IMG/VR virus record: IMGVR_UViG_3300045988_148900
Coordinates: 32,001-96,000 of that record
Reading direction: 5' to 3' (one strand)
DNA: 64,000 bases
Source: a virus
Part shown: positions 62,579 through 64,000 of the stretch, piece by piece
Numbering within the stretch: position 1 is the stretch's first letter
Layout of the letters: each line of letters begins with the position of its first letter
Position numbers and translations under genes: made by a program
The notes under the pieces: model-generated
What the model was told of the DNA's origin: nothing
What the model saw: only the letters and a program-made list of their open reading frames with translations
The model's database searches: none

Positions 62579-63778
62579 CTATACGTCCGACGAACTGCAA
62601 CCCAAAGAACCGCCACACAACGGACAAACAGCCGACGACGTCAAGACACGAAGACCTTCTATATGAGACGAAACGTCACCCCGGGAACGAAGCAAACCAA
62701 GAAGATCGGACAAAACACCACGACGTGACGAAATACTAACCATAGAACGACAGACAGACGAACAAACACCGTAAGACGAAACACCAACCCCAAGACTCGA
62801 AACAACTCCCGACAACGACGAACGACAAGAAACACTGCTCCGCAAAGACAACAAAAGGGAAATACGAGCAAGAAGAAGGCCGTAAGAACCGTCAGAACCT
62901 AAGTCAAAATAATAGCTCGTATAAGCTGATAAAACACGACGACCGCAAGAAAGGTAAGACAATAAAAAAACGCGACTCGAAGCAATACCTCGAAAATAAG
63001 AAACCCCTACAACGCGACGACAAACGGACGAAAGACTATCAAAACAAGACAAGCAAGACCTATAACCACAGACAACCCGAAACAACGACGAACGACGACC
63101 CAAAAGCAACAACAGCTGATAAACACAAGACCGACGTGACGAAACCGTGCCCAAAGACGATAACATATCCGATACAACCGAAAACAACGACGACCCAGAC
63201 GATAAGCAACCACGAAAACCCTCCAAAACAGCACGCTCCGTGTCAACCAAACTAGCCAACATACTCAAACCTCCCCGAAGCTCCGACGAACGACGACGAA
63301 GACCGTCTACGCACAAACCTAAGTCGTCCAAACCACGACCACTACCCAAGAACTCGCGAACCCTACTCTGACTATAACTCAATAACAACGGACTACGAAA
63401 CTGAGGCCAGAAACTCAACGAAACGATATCGCTACCGCTGCCCAAACTCCCGAAGCCAAGAAACGACGAAACACAACCCGGAACGTCGCGGCCAGGCTTA
63501 TCGTAAACAACACCGTCCAACTCGTAACGAGCACCAACCTTATTCCCCTTGACAACCCGAAGAACAGGACCAGCAACGCTGAAACGAACGCTAACGATAC
63601 TACAAGAACAACCCCACCGAACGCAACGACTACTCCACCGATTAGTAAAAGCACTAACCAAACCCCGGAACATACTACTCTTACCGCTGTAACTCTCACC
63701 TCGAACAACCGTAAGACCCCGAACGCCTATACGAACATCGCGGCAAGCCAAGTAATCCTTAACTATCAGATCAACCAT
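62579..63778 (-). CDS. Rad50/SbcC-like ATPase, N-terminal head + coiled coil ending at a CxxC zinc-hook-like motif
   Basis: 399 aa. It has Walker A VRGESYSGKSSMF, a long Ser/Leu/Arg/Val-rich helical region, and the C-terminus ..AVCPLCGGSLGCSSSDV. Confidence 0.6.
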   Translation of the reverse strand: MVDLIVKDYLACRDVRIGVRGLTVVRGESYSGKSSMFRGLVSAFTNRWSSRCVRWGCSCSIVSVRFSVAGPVLRVVKGNKVGARYELDGVVYDKPGRDVPGCVSSFLGFGSLGSGSDIVSLSFWPQFRSPLLLSYSQSRVREFLGSGRGLDDLGLCVDGLRRRSSELRGGLSMLASLVDTERAVLEGFRGCLSSGSSLFSVVSDMLSSLGTVSSRRSCVYQLLLLLGRRSSLFRVVCGYRSCLSCFDSLSSVCRRVVGVSYFRGIASSRVFLLSYLSCGRRVLSAYTSYYFDLGSDGSYGLLLARISLLLSLRSSVSCRSSLSGVVSSLGVGVSSYGVCSSVCRSMVSISSRRGVLSDLLGLLRSRGDVSSHIEGLRVLTSSAVCPLCGGSLGCSSSDV

Positions 63779-63784
63779 AAAACT

Positions 63785-64000
63785 CTACAAATAGAGATAC
63801 AACCAGGAGAAACGACGACGAAGCCGTAAACTAACACGACGATTAAAAAGCTCCTCGTGAACTACAAACGACGCGTAATCAGACGAAGCGACATACACGA
63901 AGTCAACGGCGCCAACAAGGCGACGATAAACACGCAGGCCAAACAAACGCCAGTAAACATAATACTTAATATGACCCCTATAAGGAGAAACCGAAGAACC
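63785..64000 (-). CDS. hypothetical protein, C-terminal 71 codons (5' end beyond window)
   Basis: Manual translation is open from 64000 to TAG at 63785-63787. It is not in the ORF track because it is truncated by the window edge. Confidence 0.4.
   Translation of the reverse strand, partial: GSSVSPYRGHIKYYVYWRLFGLRVYRRLVGAVDFVYVASSDYASFVVHEELFNRRVSLRLRRRFSWLYLYL

Noticed and set aside
1-64000. Genome-wide stop-codon reassignment (TAG or TGA recoding), as known in some gut phages
   Set aside because: Nearly all motif-bearing genes are intact in the standard code, and TAG is the most frequent genuine terminator here. Only two local cases (20541-20543, and 51894/52056) show homology continuing past a stop, and these are reported separately.

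Overview
The window is a contiguous piece of a tailed dsDNA phage genome. About 75 genes are packed on the minus strand; only an IS200-type tnpA is on the plus strand. The morphogenesis genes look like a contractile-tail, T4-like set. They include terminase large subunit, portal, gp21-like prohead protease, major capsid protein, sheath- and tube-sized genes with two tube paralogs, tape measure, M23 lysin, and gpV-like and gp25/W-like baseplate genes. From about 38 kb to 64 kb lies a replication, recombination and regulation region. It holds a gp55-like late sigma factor, a DnaX-like clamp loader, a Toprim protein, two DNA methyltransferases, an Mre11-like nuclease, a three-piece Rad50-like ATPase and a 950-aa radical-SAM-like protein. 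Selfish elements are frequent: two free-standing GIY-YIG homing endonucleases, a canonical IS200/IS605 element (tnpA plus tnpB), and two diverged TnpB-only elements with terminal inverted repeats. One of those TnpB-only elements appears to have split a phage gene in frame. A 14-nt box, GGATATATAATTGC on the plus strand, recurs in one orientation upstream of 12 genes and as a five-copy array in a 625-bp non-coding region; I read it as the phage late promoter. Other observations are in-frame stop codons with homology continuing past them, a patchy and extreme A+C-rich plus strand, and TAnnTTTG boxes that suggest a Bacteroidota host. All calls come from reading the sequence and ORF track by eye; no searches were run.
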